From Euprymna scolopes (taxonomy: Eukaryota): DNA of 64,000 bases. Position 1 is the stretch's first letter. Every line of letters begins with the position of its first letter. The stretch lies in the NCBI GenBank assembly GCA_053919585.1, contig CM132792.1; one strand, written 5' to 3'. A program made the position numbers and the translations under genes. The notes beneath the pieces are model-generated. The model ran no database searches and had not been told where the DNA came from. It saw only the letters and a program-made list of their open reading frames with translations. Positions 38,549 through 49,708 of this stretch are shown one piece after another.

Positions 38549-40259
38549 TATGAACATTGGAAAGGTTAGAGGATTCTTTAACAAAAGTATATAGTGTTAA
38601 GACTAAATGTTTAATATCAGTGTTGAAACAGTGTTTTGATTTTATTTCTTTGTGTTTTGAACTAAAATAACTAATAAACCAGTTGATATCATTCTTTGGG
38701 ATTCTTTTTGGTCATTACTTATGGTGGGAAACTATATTTGTTATCAGTATCATAGATTCCACAAAATTGTAAGTATTTCATTGTTTTCTGTTGAATTTTA
38801 ATGAAAAATATGTATAGTTTAATATTTTCATGTTTTCGATTTAGACTTTTCTGTGAAAGAGTCAAATTTATGGCATAAAAATTCACTTTCTGAATTTTAA
38901 TTTAAAAAAAACATTTTTCAAATTTGTATTTATTGTAAAATTTTATATAAATATGAGAAATTCCTTTTTCAATTTAAAAAATGTTTTTTCTATTTTACTC
39001 AAAATACATCTTTTGGAATTCTCATTATCTTGCAGTTAATATGATTATCTCAATTAAAAACTGTTCTATTTACACTGTAAAAATACTTTTTGTTTGATTC
39101 CCTCCAAGTAGGTTATGCATACTCGATTAAGTTTGTATACAGCCTAGTGTCTACGTCACTTAAGCAATTGTCACAAAATTTTGTTAAAATATTAGTCATG
39201 GCTTTACTTAGAACTGATTTAGGATATTTAGGTCAAAAGTTGAGATCATGGAAAAGGTTAAAGTTATATTTTGTTGATAACTTTGGTTCTGTTAGTCATA
39301 GAGATTCACCACTAGATCCATATTGTAGCCAATGAAGTCCTTCATATTATTTGACCAACATAAATTTGTTTTTTTACTGTATTGATCTGATGTTCTTTTA
39401 TATTGGCAATCACCATGCAAAATTTTAGCCTGCTTGGATAAATAGTTATTATCAATTTTTCTGTGGCATAACTTTGGAAATATTTCGTGCATTATGGAAA
39501 TGTAAGGTCCAGAGAAGATTTTGATTGATTGTTATGTTATGCAAATAAATTAAGTTACATGTATGGTTTTATTAAGCTCTGTGTGTGTGTTATGTTTCCT
39601 CTTTTGAGAAGTTGTCTTTTCTGTTGGATAATATAAATAACAATAAACATGAAAGTCAACTCTTCATATAAAAATAAGTAACCCGTACAAGTCTATTGAA
39701 TTGCTAATGACTTTGGTTGAGTTTCTTTTTATTATGCTATTAATGTTGATTATCTTGTATAAATGAAAATTTGCCGTTTTTCTACCTAAAATGATTTGCT
39801 CTACAAAATTAGCATTTTCTAGTTGTTTACAATCGTTCATAGTTGAACTCATAATCTAAATGTAAAACTAATATTGTTTTTATTTAAATACAAATTTTAT
39901 AATATAAATAATAAATATCTAATTGTATGCTTAAAATTGTATAAAATAACTTTGTAACAGATGTGTCTTGGCATGTAAGCAAATAGTATAAAGTCTATTT
40001 GATTCTTTTTTATTAGATAAGAATAAAAAGTATCTAATGAATATAATATGGTTTCATGGTGAGTAGTCGTTTATACTATTTTAGCTGACTTATTTTATTA
40101 ACTAGTAAAGGAATAATTTGTATTTCTTTCTTGAGCTTTTTAAGGTTTTGTAACTTTATGATTGGGGCTAGCTTTCATTAGAAATGGCTCCCTTGGACTT
40201 ATTTTATTTATAGTTTTGTGAAAAGACATATTAGAAAATATGTATACTCCATATTTAGA

Positions 40260-40705
40260 ATTTGTTTATTCATTCTTTTGTGAACTGTTATCCTCATAGT
40301 TGTTGTTGTTGTTTCACTATGTTTCAGCCAACTCCTCCTCCGGCCGTCAGGTGATTAACCGCGACTGAATAGGAATACTTAGTCTTATAACTGTATCCCC
40401 AGTAATTATTGCCTTCCATAGCTGTTTTCTCACCAACTAATCTTCTGGCCTGCTTAGGTAGGATTGAAACTGCTATCTTCAGACAGTGCTCACCTGGAAT
40501 TGTAGAGCCTCAATGTCTCTATTCAATGCGCCATGGCCCCAAAATGATTACTGAAGATACAGTTACAAGACTCTGCATTCATATCCTGTCGCAATTAATG
40601 AATTGAAGAAGGCCAAAGGATAAGTTGGCCGAAACATGGTGAAACAACATCTATGAAGATGAGGATACAAAAATAAAGCCTCATCTCAAAGGATTTCAAA
40701 AACAA
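40260..40705 (-). mobile_element. Penelope-pLTR-related SINE-like element (tRNA-like head plus hammerhead-like tail) with an inverted partial copy
   Basis: Minus strand: GGGGCCA-TGGCGCATTGA (A box, 40523-40533), GTTTCAATCC (B box, 40461-40470), CTGA..GGCC..GGCT-GAAAC (40321-40351). Plus strand 40544-40670 is an inverted copy of about 40286-40408. Confidence 0.7.
40603..40640 (+). ncRNA. Degenerate hammerhead-ribozyme-like core
   Basis: TTGAAGA-A-GGCCAA-loop-TTGGCC-GAAAC: perfect 6-bp stem II; first core C replaced by T; stems I and III not clearly resolved. Confidence 0.5.
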
Positions 40706-40905
40706 AAAATGTCATTTATAAATGCTATTATTAAGAAAAACTTAAGTCACCTATATTTTCTTCTATGAAGTAGCAACACAAGAATTCCAACTTATGTTTA
40801 TAATTGATATTTTTTAATCCTTTTATGAGTCATTTTTATTTGTATACCTTACAATTTTAATATTGTATTCCAATTCTCTTGTTCAGTTACCGATGTCAAA
40901 TGCAA

Positions 40906-41459
40906 TCTATATATCTATAAAAGTGATATTGTTGTCTGTGTCTGTCTGTATGTGTATATTTTCCTACCAAATTACTGTCAATTTTCAGTCTACAGACGCG
41001 AGGTTTGACATAAGGGGTATTGAGATTTGGGAAAATCATTTTAATCGGTTTTTGGCCAGAAATTTGGCTTTCAAGGGGTCAAAGTTCAATGATTTGACCT
41101 TTGAAAATTACCGAACTTCTCTGCCAATTTTGGGTCTAAATGCTTGAAATTTTAGATGTAGGTTACTTGGACATGGATCAAGCTTTTTAATTTGATTTGA
41201 GCCCAAAACAAATGTTAAAGGATCAAAATTGGGCTCAAGGTTAAAAAAATTTGACCTCTCAGCCAATTTTTGGTCTAAACATTTGAAATTTTACATAAAC
41301 ATTCAGCAAGCTTTTTAATCAGTTTTGGGGTGAAAATTTGGCTGCCAAGAGGTCAAAGTTGAAAAAGTTGACTTTTGTAAACTCTACCAAACTCCTCTGC
41401 CAATTTTGGTTCTAAACACTTGAAATTTTAGGTGTAGGTTACCTAGACATGAGTCAAAC

Positions 41460-41498
<39 letters not shown>

Positions 41499-41550
41499 TA
41501 AAGTTATGAACAGTGCAGAATGCCCGAGGAATGCTGGTCTGAACTGCTAG
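40906..41550 (+). mobile_element. Non-autonomous Helitron with internal repeats
   Basis: A|TCTATATATCTATAAAAG...TGTCTGTGTCTGTCTGT 5' end; three copies of GCCAATTTT.G.TCTAAA...TTGAAATTTTA; degenerate 3' hairpin and CTAG at 41547-41550. Confidence 0.7.
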
Positions 41551-42551
41551 AATTCTATATGACTTTAATAAAAAGTATTGAATATTCTAAAAGTAGCATT
41601 TATTTTCCTTGAAGTAAAAATTTCTGATCTACCAACAAATCATTTTGTTTGTTTTTCAGATAATAGATTAAATATGATTGCAACTCTAATTTATTAGAAT
41701 TGTTTCATTACAATTTAAATTCTTCTGCTTGATTTTATATTCAATCATATATAATTAGTGGGACCCATTAACCAGCATTACCCAGTGGAAGCATACCCTA
41801 TAAAAAGCTTAAGTATGGCTATTGTTGGTATTTCCCAACCCTAACCTCCTCATGTTAAGAATGGCTTTTGGAGAAGACACTTCCAACATCCTCATGGTAA
41901 GAATGGCTTTCAGAATAGACCCCCCCCAACCCACTCCTGTTAAGAACAGTTTTCTGAATAGACACCCCATTTTGTGGGGGGGGGGGAGTCAAAATATCTG
42001 CTCCAAATTTAATCTTGATTATCGCTGTCATGATCCCCACATGCAAATATTATGAACCAACCTGGAAATTTTGGGTGTGCTGTGTCGGTCGGAAACAAAT
42101 GTAAATGTTGGGTACTTGTGTATTTTTTTTACCGTGCTGAGATAACGTTATTTTGAAAGCCATTCTGAACATTTGAGGGGAGTGTTTTGTAAGTAATCTA
42201 TGCTTTCACCTTGAAATTTAATAATCACATGATTACATGTTCAATAATAATGTGATTAAATTTTACCTCTATAAAGCTTGTGAAGCATTTATAATATAGA
42301 CATATTGTTCATGTCAAAATGTAGAAAACTTATGTTTGCATCAAACGAGATATCCATGTTGACCTTAAAGATTCCCTTTTAGTAAGAGTGTGTGTGTGTG
42401 TCGGTCTAGAAAAAAACAGTAAAAAGAAAGGAAAGGGAACATTCCATCATTAAACAAAGTAAAATAAAAGCCTAAAATGTAGTGTCGTCGGTAACTGCTT
42501 TGACCAAAAACTTCTATTAAATATTAGTTTTTTTAAAACCCAAATAGGGCG

Positions 42552-42954
42552 CAAATACGTAGGTAAACCAAAATGATTTTTAAAAAAATAATTTTGCAAC
42601 TGTAATTTCTATAATATAATTTTGTGTTTATGCATGTAGATTACCCCTACTGTATTTTTTAGAAAAATAGTCATAAAAAATTATATTGCTTAATATTCGA
42701 AAAACTACTTATTTGCAGACAATAAAAATGCAGTATTCTTTTTTAAAATGCAAATAAGTCACAAATAACATAGGTAAACCAAAATGATTTTTTATTTTGT
42801 AAATTTTGCAACTGTATTTTCTATAAAATAATTTTTTGTTTATGCACGTAGATTACACCCACAGTATTTTTTTGTAAAAAGTAGTCATCAAAAAGAACTA
42901 TATTGCTTAATAATCGAAAAACTACTTATATGCGGATAATTGAAATGCGGTATT
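42552..42954. repeat. Diverged tandem duplication, period about 210 bp
   Basis: TAGGTAAACCAAAATGATTTT...CGAAAAACTACTTAT occurs at both 42552-42737 and 42762-42954. Confidence 0.85.
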
Positions 42955-43387
42955 TGTTGTCAGCATACTATTTCCCATTTAAAATTATAAAAATAACCTA
43001 AAAAGAACTAATGTAAAATAGCGTGGTACCACAAATAATCAAACACCGAAGTTCTATTTATTATGTATAAAATAAAATAAAAATGTCAAAAAAGTTCTGT
43101 CCGTATTGTTTGTAAGTAAATAAAAGGTTTATAATGTTTAAAAATATAAAAAAACTTCTATGTGTATTGTTTAAAAGTAAAGAAAATATTCTGTTTAAAA
43201 TAAAGTGTGTAATCTTTTTTGAAAATTTTTTTCTCCCTCTCCCTCTCTCTATCTCTGTCTACTGCCTCTCTCGAACTCTCCCTATCTGTCTTTCTTACTC
43301 TGTCTGTGTATCTGTTTCCGTGTATTTGTTTACAAAATCTGTCATTTGCTCCCTGTTATGGCAAACCTCGAATATCGTGCTTACGTT

Positions 43388-43419
<32 letters not shown>

Positions 43420-43574
43420 CAGAAAACAATTTTAATTAACAATAGTATAAGAATTGAAGTAATACAATTGAGAAAAGTAAAATAAAACCAAAAAAGCAAC
43501 AATTGTGTGTGTGTGTGTGTTTTAATTTTTTTGTGTGTGTTTTTTAGGTTTTAACTATTGTAATGTGTATACAG

Positions 43575-43915
43575 AGCAGCCATGTTTTTAAACATTTAGC
43601 ATGTTCGTTTATTCAATAAGGTGTCTATTCTCGACAAGGCGAGTTGAGAGCTAGCAACCGATGAGAAGTGCCGGAACTGTTTAAGGGAGAAATTATTTAT
43701 CTTCCGGGTATAGATTGGGGGCGGGAAGAGTACTGTAGATAGAGGGAAAAATAAGAATTACTTCGTCTGTAGATAATGGCTTTCCTAGGATGAAATATAG
43801 GATTTTATTCTAAAGAATAAATGTCTATAACGGTGTTGTAAAGCTATATAAGATAGTGGATAATAGGTTAGATGTAATAAATTTGTATGTGGCATCTGTT
43901 CTTGCAAACCTACGG
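43575..43915. promoter_or_regulatory. Candidate housekeeping-type promoter / first exon
   Basis: Locally GC/CpG-rich; GCCATGTT (YY1-like, 43579), CCGGAA (43671) and CTTCCGG (43701) Ets-like sites, GGGGGCGGG GC box (43717); a possible donor ACG|GTAATT near 43914. Confidence 0.3.
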
Positions 43916-45069
43916 TAATTTGGTCCAAAGGGGAATTTCTGCAATCAAAATATATATAGGACTAGTTAGCCATATTCTGACATTATTTAGAAAGATGTAA
44001 GTTTATTAACAGTTGCTATTGCCACTTTTACTTAGTCAAACATGGAATTTTTCATGGTCAATTTTTTATCAAGTAGTTAGTAATTTTAGAGCTGAGAAAA
44101 TGATCCCCCCCCCCCGCCCCAATAAATTGAAAAAAAAAAAGGGAAAAATTTTAAATAGTACCCTGCTACATTTAGATTAAAAACAGGAAAAAAATTAGAT
44201 TGGGTGGTGAAAAATCACAATGCCATCATCCAATTTTCCTTCATTTCAAAATTGAGGACCTATTCCGTTATCATTTTAGGTTAAAATTAATATTTGAAAG
44301 TGCCCCCCCCCTTACACACACACCTTAAAATGTAAATTATTTATTGTTTGTAATTTGATTTTTTGCAAATATATTTTCAGACTGCTTACATGCCTATAAA
44401 GAAAATCTTCCAAAATATTTTCTGAGGGTCATGTTTTTAATTGAAAATGCCAAAAGCATGTTTTTGTTTTCTGCATTCCTCCCATGAAAGAAATCCTTCT
44501 ACACTGAAGCAATTAATTTTGTTTCAATACATTTACTAGTTATGGGATGATTCCAAAATTTTTCTTGATTCCGGTACAATTACCAATTCTGTTGTAAATT
44601 ACTGATTCTTATTCTTTTAAAGATTTGTTACTTAAACAAAAATTAATTACTATAAAACCCCATATCCGTATTTATTTTTGCGAAACGTAAACTGTACACT
44701 GGAAGTGGGGGATGTATATTACACCAATAAATCTTTGTAAATATTTTTCCTCATATGTTTTCCTTGTAAGTGATTAAAAGTTGTGAGACAACTAAAGATT
44801 TGTTTCTTTTAAAACAAAACTGATTTGCAAGATTTGTCCTTAATGCTATTCGAATATTTCCATAAAGAATTGAAAATAGTCAACTGAAGAAGAATGTGTA
44901 ATAAAGAGAATTCCTTACAAAGCCCTCCTCTCTATATTAAAAATAATTTTCTAAATAATGTTACTATTTAGAAAAACATTCTTAACATGAGGATGGTGGT
45001 GGTGGGGGGGGGGCGGCATTAAATATTCTGTGATTTATTCACTGTAAAATAAAAATGTTATTCATTTTT

Positions 45070-45520
45070 CAGCTGATTACATATAAACGGCCTGAAAAAC
45101 TTGATAAAAATAAAATAACAAAATGTGAGTTTCACATATAAAGTTAACATAAAATGATCACCTTTTTGAATCAGACAGCATTTTAAGAATGTAGTCAATT
45201 TTGTTTGTTTTAAATCTTGGTCATGTTCATAATACTTTGGTATGAAATATGTCATTGTGAAAAATCATACGAAATACTCTATCTTCCTAGTACTAACCCT
45301 AAGTCTGAGTGGTAACACGAAAAATAAAGCGATTACTAGTGGTTTTATGACTTTGCAGGTCAGATTTAGGGTTAGTGATAAAAAATTTTGGTTAACTGCA
45401 CTAAAAGTTATAATGGCCTAGAAATAGGTGATCATTTTATACTAAATTTCAGTGTATAACTAGTTCCACTCTACATTCTCCAATAACTTTTTTCTTTTCA
45501 GTGTTTTCATACATAATCGC
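45070..45520. repeat. Old degenerate foldback element
   Basis: Inverted pairs AAAATGATCACCT / AGGTGATCATTTT and ACTAACCCTAAGTCTGA / TCAGATTTAGGGTTAGT around a centre near 45335. Confidence 0.55.
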
Positions 45521-46036
45521 CTTAAAAAAATAGAATCTCATATTTGTGTGTGTAATTTTAAATATAGATAATAATTTTTTTTTTTTTTTTTTTTTTTAAT
45601 TTAGTGAATTTCTAAAAGATTTTGTTTCACATTTTATCCAAGGTTTTGATAAACTCATCTATATTTTTCATTTGTGCAAAAAAAAAAAAAAAAAAAAAAA
45701 TACAATAAAACATGAACTATTTTAGATATTCAGAGATGACTAATCCAGACAATGATAGGCAGGTCGGTGACATGAAAATAAAAACTTTGAGAGGTATCAT
45801 ATAAACATTGAAAGTGCTTAAATAAATTTGAACATTTCCAATGGTTTTCTAAGGGAATAGGAGTAAGTGAACTCTCGAATATTTACTTTGCTTACCATCA
45901 GTAATCAATAAATGAATTAAATTCAACTCAGAAAATCAATGGAATTCTTGGTCCTGTGGCACTTAGTTTTGTTATCTTCTAATAAATAATAAATCAGGTA
46001 TTTTGTGGTGTATTCAACAAAACGCATTAGTAGTCA

Positions 46037-46525
46037 AAAAGCAAATATATAACAAATTTAACCAAAGGCAAGATAAATTACTCTTCTATCTTCCTAGATA
46101 AGTTTGGATGGTTTAGCATATTTTAAAACGTCTATTTAATTCAAAACACATGTAGTGCCAAGATTGTAAGTTAGAACGATGGCAAGATGGCCAACATCAA
46201 AGGTTTATCTAAGAAGTTTCGATAATTATTTAAATCATGAAAAGATAATAAAATAGTGACAGGAATTCACTCAATAAATGTCATGTTGACAATTATTGAG
46301 TTGATTTCTATCAGTATTTTGTTTATTTTTTGAGTTTTGAGCCATTATCGACACTTTTAAAGCAGTAATTGTTGATCATCTTGTCAGTTTAACTTAGCAA
46401 TTCACTACTTTTTATTTGAGCCAAATAAAAGCTCTAGAATATGTTAAAAAAACAAAAAACCTATTCAGGTATGGAGAACAGTAACTTATCTTGCCTTTGG
46501 TAACATTTAGTTATATATTTGTTTT
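46037..46525. mobile_element. Full-length degenerate palindrome (foldback/MITE), about 490 bp
   Basis: ACCAAAGGCAAGATAA / TTATCTTGCCTTTGGT outer arms; complementarity continues inward to TGTCA-tgt-TGACA near 46285. Confidence 0.8.
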
Positions 46526-46997
46526 ACCGTATATACTTCAAAGTCCCCAAATAATCGTTTTTTTTTTTGTTTTCATATATATATATTATAAAGAATCATT
46601 GAAAATCGGAAATGACTCAAATTTTCCCTGATACCAAAAGTTCTGATTTTTTCGATTCATGATTCCAATTAATCGTCCCAACACTATCTCTACATTGGGA
46701 GAACATGAGTTTCATCACAGAAAGAAATTGGAATCAGAAGTAATAGAAAGGAAATCAATAATACAAAAAATGATATGTACCAGAGAAAACATTTCTTCAA
46801 ATTTTCCTGGTTGACGTATGTAAATAAAACGTAAAGATGCTCACTATTTAAAAAAATAAATAGATGAATAAAAATAGAAATCTGAATAATTCCAAAGATA
46901 TGCTCTATTATATTAAATAGTTAACTTAAAAATTGATTTATTTTAGTGTTTTAAAATGAAAAATCTGTTTATTTCCCTTTGTTGTAATATCATTAAG

Positions 46998-48095
46998 TTT
47001 TTTTGGTCCCCCAATTTATTGGAGAGGGACCTATGTTTTCAGTGGCATCCGTGCATCCGTTAGTCCGGACTATTGCCAGACAACCATCCGTTAGTTTTTC
47101 CTGAAATTTTGCCACAAATTGTATTTCATTAAATAGATGAGCACAGTAAAAAAAATTTTTTTTACAAAAATTTCCGTTGCCACCCCCCCAACCCCCAGGG
47201 GGCTCAAAAGAGGTCAAAAATGCCCCAAAATGGCCAAAAATGACACTTTTTGCCCCACAACTTTTGATCCGTTCATTAGATTTTTTTGAAACTTAGCCAA
47301 AATGTGGAGCCCCTTATTCTTAATATAAATCCAGTAAGGGTAACACTGGCAAAATTCTGGTTTGCGTCCCTGGGGATTTTCAGTGCTAAAAACGCCCCTT
47401 TTTGTGGCTTTTTTTTTAAATAAACTGTCTGACTATAAAGTGGTTTTTCACAGTGGTCAACTCAAATATACATTTGTTAAGGCCTGAAACTGCACCATTA
47501 TCCATTTACACTGAGATTCGGTGTCCCCAGGGGCTCAAGAGGTCAAAAATGCCCCAAAATGGCCAAAGATGACACTTTTTGCTCCATAGCATTTGATCCA
47601 TCCATTAGATTTTCCTGAAACTTGGCCAAAATGTGGAGGCCATTGTTCTTAATATAAATTCAGTATGGGTGACCCTGAGAAAATTCTGGTGCGCATCACT
47701 CTGGGACTTTTAGGCCTTAAAAAAACATGCCCTTTTGGAGCTCTTTTTTCATATTACTCAAGAACTTGATATGTATATCTATATAGTAGTTTCCCATCGT
47801 GCTGAATTCAAATATACATGTCTTAAGGCGGCGAACTGCATCATTTGACCATTTTCACTGAGAGTCGGCATTCTCAAGAGCTCAAAAGGGGTCACAAATG
47901 CCCCCAAATTGCAAAAAAACAACACTTTTTACCCCATAACTTTTGCTCCATCCATTAGATTTTTCTGAAACTTAGCGAAAATGTGAAGGCAACGTTGGCC
48001 CTTCACATTTCTTACATTCATCATTTCTTCACTATTTTTTTGTGGCACCATCTCAGATGCAGCACAAGAGGGGGATCATGCACGCGTGGCTTATT
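46998..48095 (+). mobile_element. Helentron-associated (HINE/DINE-1-like) non-autonomous element with about 2.4 internal ~335-bp tandem repeats
   Basis: T-run then TGGTCCCCC with nearby inverted GGGAC; CCGT-like microsatellite; repeats begin at 47193, 47525 and 47872; 3' subTIR GGGGGATCA (48070-48078) before a T-run. Confidence 0.7.
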
Positions 48096-48246
48096 TTTTC
48101 TGTGCCTGTTTTTGTACCAACTCAAAACCTATGAGTAAAGTTTGCGTTTTTGTTGAATTAAAGTATGTTGTTGCAGATTTAGTGAACAAAAAAGATTTCC
48201 ACTTCATACTTTCCCAGCTTTTTCCAAGGTGAAGATTAAGATAGAC

Positions 48247-48251
<5 letters not shown>

Positions 48252-48306
<55 letters not shown>
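48252..48306. repeat. (TA)n microsatellite
   Basis: Perfect TA run. Confidence 0.95.
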
Positions 48307-48308
<2 letters not shown>

Positions 48309-48529
48309 CATTCAAACACAGTAGTGTTTTAATATATAGTTAAGTGGCAGTTTTTATCATTTAGAACGGCTTTAAAGCTTCACCGCTCACTCATTTTTTG
48401 ACCAAATTTCAAACAATTATTACAGTTTTTAGATCACCTTCTCAGCTATATTGTGAACAAAAAAAGTTTCAGTTTTCATTCAATAAAACAAAAGTTATGA
48501 TAAATGTTTATGCTTGCATTTTTCTATTG

Positions 48530-48532
<3 letters not shown>

Positions 48533-48586
<54 letters not shown>
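48533..48586. repeat. (TA)n microsatellite
   Basis: Perfect TA run. Confidence 0.95.
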
Positions 48587-48588
<2 letters not shown>

Positions 48589-49199
48589 CAAAAGCATGCA
48601 TCTTCTCCCTGATTTGGAGTGATTAGTATTTTTTACTGTCTGATATAAAATAGTTGTATTGAAATACCTATTTTTCATTTTTATCAGTAGACAATGAGAT
48701 ATACTATGAAAAGTTTTATGAAAGTCTAAGTACACAATCTCTTTACTATTTTCATTCAATTTATGACATCTATACTTTCTAAATGACGTTAAGGAATTGA
48801 TTCAATTTTGATTTATTCAGATTTAACAAATCATTTGATGGATATATATACAGGCGATTGGGGATCACCTGTGAATTTGACTCTCTTTCATACTTCCAAC
48901 AGAGAAAGCTGGTTCAACCCACTTAGGGTGAATGCCATACAGAAATAGCAATTCATTTTGTCAACCTTTGAGAGCATTGGTTTTGTTTTATGGCATATCA
49001 ATTATCGTAAAGTACTTTTATATCAAAATCATATGTTCTCACATACAAACATTTTTTTACAGTAATTTAAATAGATTTTATTTTATATACAGCATCTGTT
49101 TTTCCTAAGTTTTCACTTATTTAGTACTTTTCGGGCTCAATGTCATTTAATTTTGGTGATCTTAGAAACACCAATATGTTTACGTGACAAAAAAAAATA

Positions 49200-49233
<34 letters not shown>

Positions 49234-49504
49234 TTTCATTTATGCATAAAATGAGTTTAATTGAACAGGGTGGACTTGGTCTTTGATTTTTAACAAAATC
49301 TTTTATCAAGATTTGCAAGCATAACCTTTCTTGGAGTTTTCATCAGATTATAAAAGTTGAATAAAACAAAGCTTCTCATTTTAGAAAAAGGTTAAACATT
49401 GGCATTTTACAGAACACTAAAAAAAAATCTATTTATTATAAAACTTATCTTTCTGCTTTTGTGAAATGCCCATTTATTCTTTTTGATCTGTGCTTTTCTG
49501 TTAG

Positions 49505-49708
49505 TGAATAGTGAGTATTGTGCTTATTCGCTGAGTGCCAAAAATAGCAGCCAATTATCAAGGTGTATATGCCACCCAAGACAAGCACTTGCATTGCAAG
49601 CAGAAATCTTGTCTCAGTTCTTAGTGAGATGCACTTGTATACATAGCATCTAGTTCTTTAGAGGAAAGGCTGAAGTGTTTGATGCTGGTAAAAAAACAAG
49701 CTGCAGAG
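49505..49708 (+). other. Possible exon (non-coding, or coding only from an internal acceptor near 49661)
   Basis: Pyrimidine tract and TTAG| acceptor; GAG|GTAGGC donor; GC content above flanks; no frame is open throughout. Confidence 0.2.

Noticed and set aside
44381-45762. Further exons at 44381-44427 and about 45725-45761
   Set aside because: Weak donors or acceptors, and short open frames expected by chance; they cannot be tied to the gene model without transcripts.
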